This document shows, one piece after another, positions 27,396 to 35,893 of a stretch of DNA of 64,000 nt. The translations under genes were made by a program, and so were the position numbers. Source of the stretch: a virus (Duplodnaviria > Heunggongvirae > Uroviricota > Caudoviricetes); the IMG/VR virus record IMGVR_UViG_3300024348_000012. The stretch is one strand, 5' to 3'. Each line of letters starts with the position of its first letter. Position 1 is the first letter of the stretch. Under the pieces are notes generated by a model. That model was not told where the DNA came from, ran no database searches, and saw nothing but the letters and a program-made list of their open reading frames with translations.

Positions 27396-28218
27396 TTTAA
27401 AGGTTAACCCTCAAAGATATGTAAAGATTAGTGAAAGGTTTTGGCAAGTTACAGCGTCTCCTGCTATTGAACCAGTTTTCATCGCAAGAACATCTATATT
27501 GAAAGATTTAACACCGGTATTAAAAACGGAAGGTTTTGTTATACAATTGGATAATCAGTATTTGCTCTCACAAAAAACATTAGATTTAATATTACAAAGA
27601 GATTCACCACACTACTCAATAGAAGCAAATGGTGATATATTAGGAGTACAAATAGGAAAATCTATACCCGTTCTTAAAATTGACCTAGCTCCAGTATACC
27701 AAACAGCAGAGTATAGACAAAGATTAGATAATAGTGCAGCAATTAAATTTGCAGAGTGGTTATACTTAGGAGATAAACACCCAATATATGATGTTCCTTT
27801 AAGATTAATAAATTGGATTGACTATATGTTAACCGATAAAATGGTATCCCCTACCGAAACCTTTGAGATATATGAGTTCGCATTAGAATTAGAAGTGCTA
27901 CAAAAAGAAATTGATTCATTTGCTACGGAGATAACATGGAATCAATCATCAGGCTCCATTATAATTGCAAACGATAAAACTACTAACTATATAACAAAGG
28001 TAAATGGTTACTTAGATGCACTTAGAAGAGACTTTGATTCTATTGTAAAAGTTTATTCATTAGGTATTATTCCTCCTGATAATGGAGACTCATTTACAAG
28101 AACTACCAATAAGATAGTGACCGATGAAATAGAAGGTGTGAATAGAGTGGTAACACTACAATCTGCCGCAGTAGCTAGTATAACACCAAGAACCACACCA
28201 ACACCAACACAAGTTTAA
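27382..28218 (+). CDS. hypothetical protein
   Basis: 278-aa ORF. Confidence 0.45.
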   Translation: MARNDLKVNPQRYVKISERFWQVTASPAIEPVFIARTSILKDLTPVLKTEGFVIQLDNQYLLSQKTLDLILQRDSPHYSIEANGDILGVQIGKSIPVLKIDLAPVYQTAEYRQRLDNSAAIKFAEWLYLGDKHPIYDVPLRLINWIDYMLTDKMVSPTETFEIYEFALELEVLQKEIDSFATEITWNQSSGSIIIANDKTTNYITKVNGYLDALRRDFDSIVKVYSLGIIPPDNGDSFTRTTNKIVTDEIEGVNRVVTLQSAAVASITPRTTPTPTQV

Positions 28219-28247
28219 TAATCACTATTTATTTCAAACGCAAACAT

Positions 28248-28517
28248 ATGCTAAAGTTACTAAGTGAAAAAATCGTTAAGTTATTAGAGAACATAGGAGT
28301 AGTGATGAGAATCATTGCATTCGGTACTCTTTCTATTATGGGCCCGTCTACTCCTTTCTTACTTATGTGGATATGGAATACCATTGATGCAATCATTCTA
28401 ACTTATTGTGCATGGGAGAGAAGTAATAGAGCATACCTTATTCTAAATATTTTTTGGATGTTAGTCGGACTTATAGGTATATACACATCAATTTTTGGAA
28501 ATGCAATCACCCATTAA
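28248..28517 (+). CDS. hypothetical membrane protein (3 TM)
   Basis: 89 aa with three hydrophobic helices. Confidence 0.45.
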   Translation: MLKLLSEKIVKLLENIGVVMRIIAFGTLSIMGPSTPFLLMWIWNTIDAIILTYCAWERSNRAYLILNIFWMLVGLIGIYTSIFGNAITH

Positions 28518-28656
28518 GTCTATATCGGACATTATAACCTGTATACTACTCATTCCTGTCATTTTGGTTGCCTTCATTGGTCTAACTATGTATTGGGTGT
28601 GTAAGTTTCCATTTTGGTACATAGAGAGGAAAGAATGGTGGAGGAATCACAAATAG
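28501..28656 (+). CDS. hypothetical 51-aa membrane peptide
   Basis: MQSPIKSISDIITCILLIPVILVAFIGLTMYWVCKFPFWY..., overlapping the previous stop in another frame. Confidence 0.3.
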   Translation: MQSPIKSISDIITCILLIPVILVAFIGLTMYWVCKFPFWYIERKEWWRNHK

Positions 28657-28708
28657 AGGTATACTATCAATAGAGGTACGATATTCTTATTCCAAAAATT
28701 TTCTTAAA

Positions 28709-28746
28709 AAACGACCTTTCCCCCAACCCCCACACCCCTTCATATG
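28709..28746 (-). repeat. inverted copy of the G-tract element (C-rich on + strand)
   Basis: The minus strand reads GAAGGGGtgtGGGGGTTGGGGGaaagGTCGTTTTTT, near-identical to 19788-19818. Confidence 0.6.
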
Positions 28747-28767
28747 ACGAAACTCATATAATGTATA

Positions 28768-28799
28768 TTTGAAAATCTAAAATATTTATCGTATATTTA
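28768..28799 (+). promoter_or_regulatory. conserved phage promoter box
   Basis: tttgaaaatctaaaatatttatcgtatattta; about 70-nt leader to the 28870 gene. Confidence 0.45.
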
Positions 28800-28869
28800 T
28801 TCTTTATTAAAAACAAATAATAGTTATATTTATAGGAGAATATAAACAAACAAAAACAAATAGTATAAT

Positions 28870-30327
28870 ATGAAGGCAGTATTAATATCTACGGATTACA
28901 TTAAAACAGCAACGGGTGAATATAAGGTTTTAGAAATAAATACAAGTACAAGAATCGTAGCGGCCGATAATGAAGGAAATCTACCGGGATTAGACTGGTC
29001 AAATCTAACTACCTTTATCCAAACTAATGGATTTACAAATGTACATTGTATAATACCAATGTACGATAAAGGGTTTGCAACTAAATTAAGTGAAATATGT
29101 GATAACATTGGTGGAATTACATTTCTTTCACATGAAACAAGTGGTACTTCAATTACTGTTCCATATATTGAAGATAACGAAACTACTCTTATTTTGAGAG
29201 TTTCATATGATACTACTGCAATTGTTGATGATGAGTATTGTAGAGATAATTATTCTTTCTTAAGAGCAATTAATGAATTAACAACAAAACCAAAAACTTA
29301 CATACCAAACATATCCGACGATTTTGAAAATTTATCAGAATTTAACTATACATTAGATTTACCGAATTTTATTATTAAAAAACGATATCCAAATTATGAT
29401 AAAAATGAATTCCCTAAATTATATAAAGTACAAAATTTAACCGAACTAACACAATTAAAAGGGTTAGTTAATGTTAATACGGAATTTTTACAAGAATTTA
29501 CAAATTCAGAAATTCTATCAAACAAAAGAAGTATTATCAGAGGAATTGATATAATATATGGTTCTAATTTAGATGTAATTAGTATGGGTGGATATAAAGT
29601 ACTTCATGCAATCACAGAAAATATATGGAGTAACACATTTGGAGATTTAGGACTATTAGCTAAAAAAGATAGACCAAAATATATTACATATTACTCACCA
29701 ACATCCGATAGAGCTACATATATTTACGATGAAGACCAAGAAGTTTTAATGGCGGATGGTAGTAGAAAATCATTTGCGGAATTAGAAGTGGGTGATTCTG
29801 TAAAATCAATAAATATCCCATCATTACCAGTAAATGAGACCGAATATAAAGTGGAGGAGTGGACAGGTAGTCATACTGATTTCACTACAAATTTTGCAGT
29901 TAGTGAAACAGCTATTGTTGTAAAAACTACACAAACAACATCTGATTTATTTATTAGAATTACATTAGAAGATGATATTGTATGGGATGATTTACCCGTA
30001 ACCCACCTTCTTGTTAAGAATGATGATGTTATAAGATTTAAAAATGTTAACAATTTGCAAATTGGTGATGTATTAGAATTATTTAGTACGGAAACCGAAA
30101 CTATTGTAAATAAAACAATTACTAATTTAGAAATATTATTTAAAGAAAATGAAGTAGTTGGAACTATGGATGTTGAACCTTTAGATTTGTTCTTACCATT
30201 AGTAACAAACTCATTCGCTATCGTTCAACACAATGCATGTAATGCAAACTTTTGTTCAAGTTTCGGAGGACAATGTTACAATTATGGTAAATGTGGTGAT
30301 TGTGGATATTATCAATGTGCTAAATAA
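28870..30327 (+). CDS. Hint (intein/pretoxin-HINT-like) domain protein with C-terminal 30-aa six-Cys tail
   Basis: Residues about 292-455 show Hint blocks: N-terminal VLMADGSRKSFAELEVGDSV (the Cxx[DG]T...G...I.eL..GD.V pattern with Val at position 1), TGSHTDF, and C-terminal MDVEPLDLFLPLVTNSFAIVQHN (blocks F/G ending in HN). Followed by ACNANFCSSFGGQCYNYGKCGDCGYYQCAK. Confidence 0.5.
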   Translation: MKAVLISTDYIKTATGEYKVLEINTSTRIVAADNEGNLPGLDWSNLTTFIQTNGFTNVHCIIPMYDKGFATKLSEICDNIGGITFLSHETSGTSITVPYIEDNETTLILRVSYDTTAIVDDEYCRDNYSFLRAINELTTKPKTYIPNISDDFENLSEFNYTLDLPNFIIKKRYPNYDKNEFPKLYKVQNLTELTQLKGLVNVNTEFLQEFTNSEILSNKRSIIRGIDIIYGSNLDVISMGGYKVLHAITENIWSNTFGDLGLLAKKDRPKYITYYSPTSDRATYIYDEDQEVLMADGSRKSFAELEVGDSVKSINIPSLPVNETEYKVEEWTGSHTDFTTNFAVSETAIVVKTTQTTSDLFIRITLEDDIVWDDLPVTHLLVKNDDVIRFKNVNNLQIGDVLELFSTETETIVNKTITNLEILFKENEVVGTMDVEPLDLFLPLVTNSFAIVQHNACNANFCSSFGGQCYNYGKCGDCGYYQCAK

Positions 30328-30494
30328 AAAATATTAATTATGGAAATTATACAAAACGAAATCGTTGAATTAACAATTACAGAGAAATCAGAAATTGCAA
30401 CAATATTTCAAAATATTATAACAAATATAAAAACTGATATTACAAATCAGTAAAAATATTTGGTAATTCAATTTTTTTTTATTATATTAGTGTT

Positions 30495-30770
30495 ATGGGA
30501 TTTAATTTAAAAACTATATCACAATCTTGGTTTGATTCGTACTTTGGTACCGATTCTCAAAGGGAATTGGCTAAAGAAAGATTAGGCATATGTGAAACTT
30601 GTCCGTCAAAAAAAGAACTTTTTAAGAATCAAAATTGGTCAGTTGTATGTGGTGAATGTGGTTGCCCAATTAATAAAAAAATATTTTCTAAAAAAATAAA
30701 AGAATGTCCATTGGACAAATGGAAAGAAGTTGATTCTAATTCTATTATTTTCTCAAAAAAAGTTATATGA
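30495..30770 (+). CDS. Cys-rich zinc-ribbon-like small protein
   Basis: CETCPS...CGECGCP...KECP. Confidence 0.45.
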   Translation: MGFNLKTISQSWFDSYFGTDSQRELAKERLGICETCPSKKELFKNQNWSVVCGECGCPINKKIFSKKIKECPLDKWKEVDSNSIIFSKKVI

Positions 30771-31264
30771 TAGAATCCATATATGGTTTTTTAAATGATG
30801 TGGAATTGAGTTTAGTAGATACATTTTGTTTAAATTTTAAACAAGAAGATAATCCACGTCCCACTAATTATTACAATAGAATGTTTCTAAATAAAGAAAC
30901 AGATTTAATTGATTATCAAAATAAAATAAAGAACCACTTATTCCAAAAATATGGTATTACATATGAAGTAGAAGGTATTTGGATAAATAAAGTAACACCA
31001 GATACAAATAAAGATGACGAATTTCATTTAGATAATAATGCGTTAACAATCGTTACTTATATAAATGATAATTTTATAGGAGGGGAATTTGAATATTTTA
31101 TATTAGGAATTAAACCAAATCAAAAAATAAATCCAAAAAGAAATTTAAGTTTAATTACAAACGATAAATTACCACATAGAGTATTGCCTGTAATTACAGG
31201 AGAAAGATATTCAATTGTGGTTTTTTGTGTTATACCAAATAAAGATAAAAAAACAATGTTATGA
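30767..31264 (+). CDS. 2OG-Fe(II) oxygenase, prolyl-4-hydroxylase-like
   Basis: HLD (HxD), GGEFEYF, second His PHRVLPV, and GERYSIVVF (the 2OG-binding Arg-x-Ser). Confidence 0.6.
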   Translation: MIESIYGFLNDVELSLVDTFCLNFKQEDNPRPTNYYNRMFLNKETDLIDYQNKIKNHLFQKYGITYEVEGIWINKVTPDTNKDDEFHLDNNALTIVTYINDNFIGGEFEYFILGIKPNQKINPKRNLSLITNDKLPHRVLPVITGERYSIVVFCVIPNKDKKTML

Positions 31265-31875
31265 TAAAGATTAATATCAACAATGAAATTGATATATATA
31301 AAACTACATTAGATTTTAATTCAAATTTTGATAAAAATTTATTTATTGATAAATTAAAAATTGTTGATACATTAGTAGATGCGTCCCTTCCAGCTAAAAA
31401 AACACCAGGTAGACAAGCCGCTTTATCTGAAATGTATATGCCTGAATTAAATTTTATAAAAGATAATATATCTAATTTATTATCAACGGAATTTAATGTT
31501 AGTAATAATTTTATTATGAAAACATGGGTTTATTATAGTGATAGTGATAATGGTTATAGTGGATACCACACACACGAAACATTGCACCCAAGGCCAACAA
31601 CGGCCGTTGGTAAGGTAAAAACGAATTATACATTTACATATTACCTACAAATGCCAAATAATCTTAAAAATGATGAAGGAAAGTTATTTTTAAAAACGAA
31701 ATCTGGATTTGAATTTGGTATATTACCAGAAGAAGATGATGTTTTTATATTCCCGGCCGACCTAGAACATAGACCTGAAACCAATCCCAATTCAACTAAA
31801 TCCAGAATTGTTATTGCCGGTAACACTGCTTTTTTTGATGAACATTTGAGAAAAACAGAAAAAAGCGTTTTATAA
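31261..31875 (+). CDS. hypothetical protein (possible cupin/oxygenase-like)
   Basis: His-rich motifs YHTHETLHP ... DLEHRPE ... RIVIAGN; weak. Confidence 0.35.
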   Translation: MIKININNEIDIYKTTLDFNSNFDKNLFIDKLKIVDTLVDASLPAKKTPGRQAALSEMYMPELNFIKDNISNLLSTEFNVSNNFIMKTWVYYSDSDNGYSGYHTHETLHPRPTTAVGKVKTNYTFTYYLQMPNNLKNDEGKLFLKTKSGFEFGILPEEDDVFIFPADLEHRPETNPNSTKSRIVIAGNTAFFDEHLRKTEKSVL

Positions 31876-33075
31876 ATGAATATCGTTATTGTAGGAGGAG
31901 GAACTGCCGGATGGATTACTTCTTTATTTTTACTTTCAGAATATAAAAATAGTAATATCACAGTTATTGAAAGTGATGTTATTGGTATATTGGGTGCAGG
32001 AGAAGGCTCAACACCACTAATGAAAAAATTCTTAAAGAAATGCAATATTGATGAAAACGATTTCATTAACAAAACGAAATCTACTTTTAAATTGGGTATT
32101 GATTTTGAAAATTGGAATGTTTGCAACAAATCGTATAAACATCCATTTATAAATGATTCCAAAGCATATCATTTTGATGCAAGACTAATTGCAGAATATT
32201 TTAAACAAATATCAATTAATAGAGGTGTAACTCACATAAATGGAATTGTAAAATCTTTTGTTCAAAATGATAAAAAAGATATTACCAATTTGGTATTATC
32301 GGATGATACAACAATACCAACTGATTTTGTATTTGATTGTTCAGGATTTCATAGATTACTAATCGGGAAATTATATAATTCAAATTGGGTTTCGTATTCA
32401 AATCATTTAAAAGTAAATACGGCCGTTCCATTTTTCTTAGATAGAACGGATACTAATATGGAATTGGATACCAAAGCAATTGCGATGGATTATGGTTGGA
32501 TGTGGCAAATTCCATTACAACATAGATGGGGATGTGGGTATGTATTTGATGGTAATAGAATAAACGAAATACAGGCCAAAGAAGAAATTGAATTAAAATT
32601 AAATAGAAAAATACAATCACCAAAGACATTAAAATTTTCAGCAGGTTATTATGATAATGTGTGGGTTAATAATTGTATTGCTATGGGATTAGCTAGTGGG
32701 TTTTTAGAACCATTGGAAGCAGTATCAATCCACATTACACTTATGGAATTGAATTTAATTAAAAACCATTTATTTAAAGATAACGATACTAATATAGTTA
32801 ATGAAAAATTTTCACAAATAATGGATGAACATTTTTTATTTATATATTATCATTATTTGTGTAATAAAAAAGATACAGAATTTTGGTCAGATTATAATTT
32901 GATTAGTGCACCATTGGAGTTACACAAATTTGTTAAAAAAGATTTAAACATATCGTTTAGTTCCGATGAGGATTATATTTCTAAATTCAAATATAATGAT
33001 GTTGTACAATATACACACTACGATTGGAAACTTATAAATGATGGAATTTTTGGTTTAAATAAATCTTTATTATGA
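31876..33075 (+). CDS. flavin-dependent halogenase (tryptophan-halogenase family)
   Basis: MNIVIVGGGTAGWITS (FAD GxGxxG), ITVIES...ILGAGEGST, the signature YGWMWQIPL (WxWxIP), and AMGLASGFLEPLEAVSIHI (the halogenase GxxSGFxEPLES block). Confidence 0.8.
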   Translation: MNIVIVGGGTAGWITSLFLLSEYKNSNITVIESDVIGILGAGEGSTPLMKKFLKKCNIDENDFINKTKSTFKLGIDFENWNVCNKSYKHPFINDSKAYHFDARLIAEYFKQISINRGVTHINGIVKSFVQNDKKDITNLVLSDDTTIPTDFVFDCSGFHRLLIGKLYNSNWVSYSNHLKVNTAVPFFLDRTDTNMELDTKAIAMDYGWMWQIPLQHRWGCGYVFDGNRINEIQAKEEIELKLNRKIQSPKTLKFSAGYYDNVWVNNCIAMGLASGFLEPLEAVSIHITLMELNLIKNHLFKDNDTNIVNEKFSQIMDEHFLFIYYHYLCNKKDTEFWSDYNLISAPLELHKFVKKDLNISFSSDEDYISKFKYNDVVQYTHYDWKLINDGIFGLNKSLL

Positions 33076-33440
33076 TTGAAACAATAAACATAAATACCAA
33101 ATTATATGTCAAATATATTGATAATATAAAAGGATTTGGTGTATTTGCAAATCATATAATTAAAAAAGACGAAATTATTGAAGATTGTTATTCTTTATTA
33201 ATTCATAATACAAATTCGGATTACGAACCTTATTATTTTTATTTTAAAGGTGACACTAAATTATTACCATTAGGATTTGGTTCTATTTATAACCATAACA
33301 ATAATCCAAATATAGCTTGGAAAATCGTAGATGATAATCGTAAAATAATTAGATTTTATGCAATAACCGACATCAATATCAATGAGGAATTGTGTCATAA
33401 TTACGGCCCTAATTATTGGAAAAATAAAAATATATTATAA
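33072..33440 (+). CDS. SET-domain protein methyltransferase
   Basis: GFGVFANHIIKKDEIIEDC...IYNHNNNPNIAW...NEELCHNYGPNYW (SET N-region, NHxCxPN-like and ELxxxYG post-SET-like motifs); about 120 aa as in viral vSET. Confidence 0.55.
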   Translation: MIETININTKLYVKYIDNIKGFGVFANHIIKKDEIIEDCYSLLIHNTNSDYEPYYFYFKGDTKLLPLGFGSIYNHNNNPNIAWKIVDDNRKIIRFYAITDININEELCHNYGPNYWKNKNIL

Positions 33441-34123
33441 TGAATACACTTTGGACATTTGGTGATAGTTTTACATTTGGTCATGGTTGTAGAGAAGATT
33501 GTAATTCATATACCGTAGATGATTATTATGGTTACAAAAAAGAAGGAGATGACATCTGGCCCAACCATTTAGGTAATTTGTTAAATTGTAAGGTTAGTAA
33601 TTTAGGAAAAAACGGAGTATCAAATGATTATATTTTAGATGCAATAATAGATAATTTTGATTTTATAAAAGAAAATGATTATATTATAATAGGAAAAACA
33701 TTCCATGGTAGAATTGAAGTACCTTTTAATAATAAAATTTATAAATCCTTTGCACATTATGAGGGTGGTAAGATAGATGAAAATACTAATAGTAAAGATA
33801 TATGGATAAAAAATGAATTTAAAGATTTAAACAAAGAAGTGATAGAAACAATTATTAATTTTCAATATTATTTTTCAAATGAATTATTTTATAAAGAACG
33901 AAATAATAAAAGATTTGAATTTATTAAGAATAGATTGCATAATGAAAAAAATGTAAAGTTTTCTTATATATGGGGAATAGAAGAAGATAAAAATTTTTAT
34001 CACACATTTCAACAAATAATACAGGCAACTAATGGCAAAGTAATTGATACACATTTTTCTTTTAAAGGTCACTTAGATTTTGCACATTTTATTTATAATA
34101 AAATTAATACCAAAATAATATGA
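33440..34123 (+). CDS. SGNH/GDSL-family hydrolase
   Basis: N-terminal TFGDSFTFGHG (GDSx block I), conserved Gly/Asn blocks and a distal DxxH-like motif. Confidence 0.55.
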   Translation: MNTLWTFGDSFTFGHGCREDCNSYTVDDYYGYKKEGDDIWPNHLGNLLNCKVSNLGKNGVSNDYILDAIIDNFDFIKENDYIIIGKTFHGRIEVPFNNKIYKSFAHYEGGKIDENTNSKDIWIKNEFKDLNKEVIETIINFQYYFSNELFYKERNNKRFEFIKNRLHNEKNVKFSYIWGIEEDKNFYHTFQQIIQATNGKVIDTHFSFKGHLDFAHFIYNKINTKII

Positions 34124-34665
34124 TTAAAAAAAAATTGGGGTTTACAACATATTGTTATGATGAATTTATAACAATAGAAGAACAATCTGAAATTAAAAAA
34201 TGGGCATTAGATAATGAAAATAAAATGCCACCGAATATGTCTGGCCCGTATAGAAGATTTAGTAGATTGGATAGTTTTAATAATATACCGAATATAATAC
34301 ATACTATAAAACAAAGAGTTATAGATGTTGAAAATATAAAAAATGTAATGGAAGCACCACAAAATGCCGATTGGGTAGGTATTCAATGGGAAAATGCCTT
34401 TGTTGAACCACATTTAGATGACAATGGCAACAATAAAAATTATTATACCAGACGATATAATATACTAGTATCATATCCTGAAGAAGGAGGCCAACCTATA
34501 TATGGTAATGAAATTTTAGAAGTTAAAGAAAGAATGATGTGGAGATGTGATGCGGGTTTAATTGAACATTCTAGTATACCAAATAAAGGAAAAATACCTA
34601 GAATTAATTTGTCTTTTGGATTTTTAATGCCAATAAAAACTACAACTAAAAAATCTTTATTATGA
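34120..34665 (+). CDS. 2OG-Fe(II) oxygenase, P4H-like
   Basis: EPHLDD (HxD), GGQPIY, IEHSS (distal His), RINLSF. Confidence 0.55.
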   Translation: MIKKKLGFTTYCYDEFITIEEQSEIKKWALDNENKMPPNMSGPYRRFSRLDSFNNIPNIIHTIKQRVIDVENIKNVMEAPQNADWVGIQWENAFVEPHLDDNGNNKNYYTRRYNILVSYPEEGGQPIYGNEILEVKERMMWRCDAGLIEHSSIPNKGKIPRINLSFGFLMPIKTTTKKSLL

Positions 34666-35222
34666 TATATCAACAAAAAATATTTACAAAAGAGGAATGT
34701 CAAACCATAATAGAGTACCATAAAAAATATACCGACTTGGAAGGTTGGTTTCCCTCAAAATACATTGACGGCCAACGAATAAAAGATAACCACAATCTAA
34801 TGGCATATGAAGTATATAATATACTTAACAATGCAGAAACAAATTGGTTTTTTGTAAAATTATTTAATTGGTTTAGTGAAGTTAGCGGAATTAAAATTGA
34901 TGAAACTAATAAGTTACCAAAATGTACCTTACACAGATATACCATTGGTGACCATTTTGCAAAACATATAGATTTAATGAAGGGATACGAAGAAAGAAGA
35001 TATAATTCAGGCATACAACTGAATGATGAATACGATGGTGGTGAATATGTGACTTGGGATGCGCTGGGTAAGGAAATATTAATATCAAAAGAACCTGGCA
35101 CAGCTGTAGCGTACAGTTCTACAGTTGAACATGAAATAAAAGAAATAACAAAAGGAGAGAGATGGTCTATTGTGATGCCCATAACAAAATACAATATAAT
35201 TGAAAAGAAAAGTTTTATATAA
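34662..35222 (+). CDS. 2OG-Fe(II) oxygenase, P4H-like
   Basis: KHIDLMK (HxD), YDGGEYVTW, VEHEIK, GERWSIVMP. Confidence 0.6.
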   Translation: MIYQQKIFTKEECQTIIEYHKKYTDLEGWFPSKYIDGQRIKDNHNLMAYEVYNILNNAETNWFFVKLFNWFSEVSGIKIDETNKLPKCTLHRYTIGDHFAKHIDLMKGYEERRYNSGIQLNDEYDGGEYVTWDALGKEILISKEPGTAVAYSSTVEHEIKEITKGERWSIVMPITKYNIIEKKSFI

Positions 35223-35893
35223 TGTCAATATTAATTAAAAATGATATAATATGGGTTTCAATTCCAAAATGTGCATCAATGTCAATAGAGGATGCGTTGT
35301 TGAATTCTAAGTTGGACATAGAGAGACATTCCTATGCAATTAAAAGTGAACCACTACATACACACATTGGTATCCGTAAATTAAAAGAAGAATTTGGTGA
35401 TAAAAAAACTATATGTATAAAAAGAGATTGGTTTGAAAAGTGGGTAAGTGCCATTCAGTTTTGTTTTGAAACCATAATACCAACCGATGGAAATCTACCA
35501 ATCAAAAAATGGGAAGATATTGATAATGATTTTATTTATTCAATATTTACGGATGAATTTATAAATTTATTATATTCCGAAAAAACGGATTCATTAAATG
35601 AGTGTTATAGTAGATTGATTGTAAATGGAAAAGTAACAGAAACAAATAGATTGTCCGTACTATTTTCCCAAAATTATTGGAAAGAGGATAACAAATGTGA
35701 TTATGAATTTGACATAAAAGATATGGATAAATTTGTTTCTTTCATAGAACAAAAATATGGGGAAAAATTAATAATTCGTAAAATAAATGAAAATCCAAAA
35801 ACAAAAAGTAAATTAGTTTTAAATGATGAACTAAAAGAGTTTATTTGGCAAAAGTTTGAAAAAAGATTTTCTAAAAAAAGTTATTTATTATAA
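35222..35893 (+). CDS. sulfotransferase-like protein (putative)
   Basis: N-terminal IIWVSIPKCASMSIEDAL resembles the PAPS 5'-phosphosulfate-binding loop (PKxGxT) of Sulfotransfer_2-type enzymes; weak. Confidence 0.35.
   Translation: MSILIKNDIIWVSIPKCASMSIEDALLNSKLDIERHSYAIKSEPLHTHIGIRKLKEEFGDKKTICIKRDWFEKWVSAIQFCFETIIPTDGNLPIKKWEDIDNDFIYSIFTDEFINLLYSEKTDSLNECYSRLIVNGKVTETNRLSVLFSQNYWKEDNKCDYEFDIKDMDKFVSFIEQKYGEKLIIRKINENPKTKSKLVLNDELKEFIWQKFEKRFSKKSYLL

Noticed and set aside
28870-29740. ATP-grasp or tubulin-tyrosine-ligase-like domain at the N-terminus of the Hint protein (KVLEINTS resembles the ATP-grasp E-x-N motif)
   Set aside because: The motif sits at residues 19-25. In ATP-grasp enzymes the E-x-N is near the C-terminus of the fold, and no Gly-rich ATP loop precedes it. 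There is insufficient evidence.
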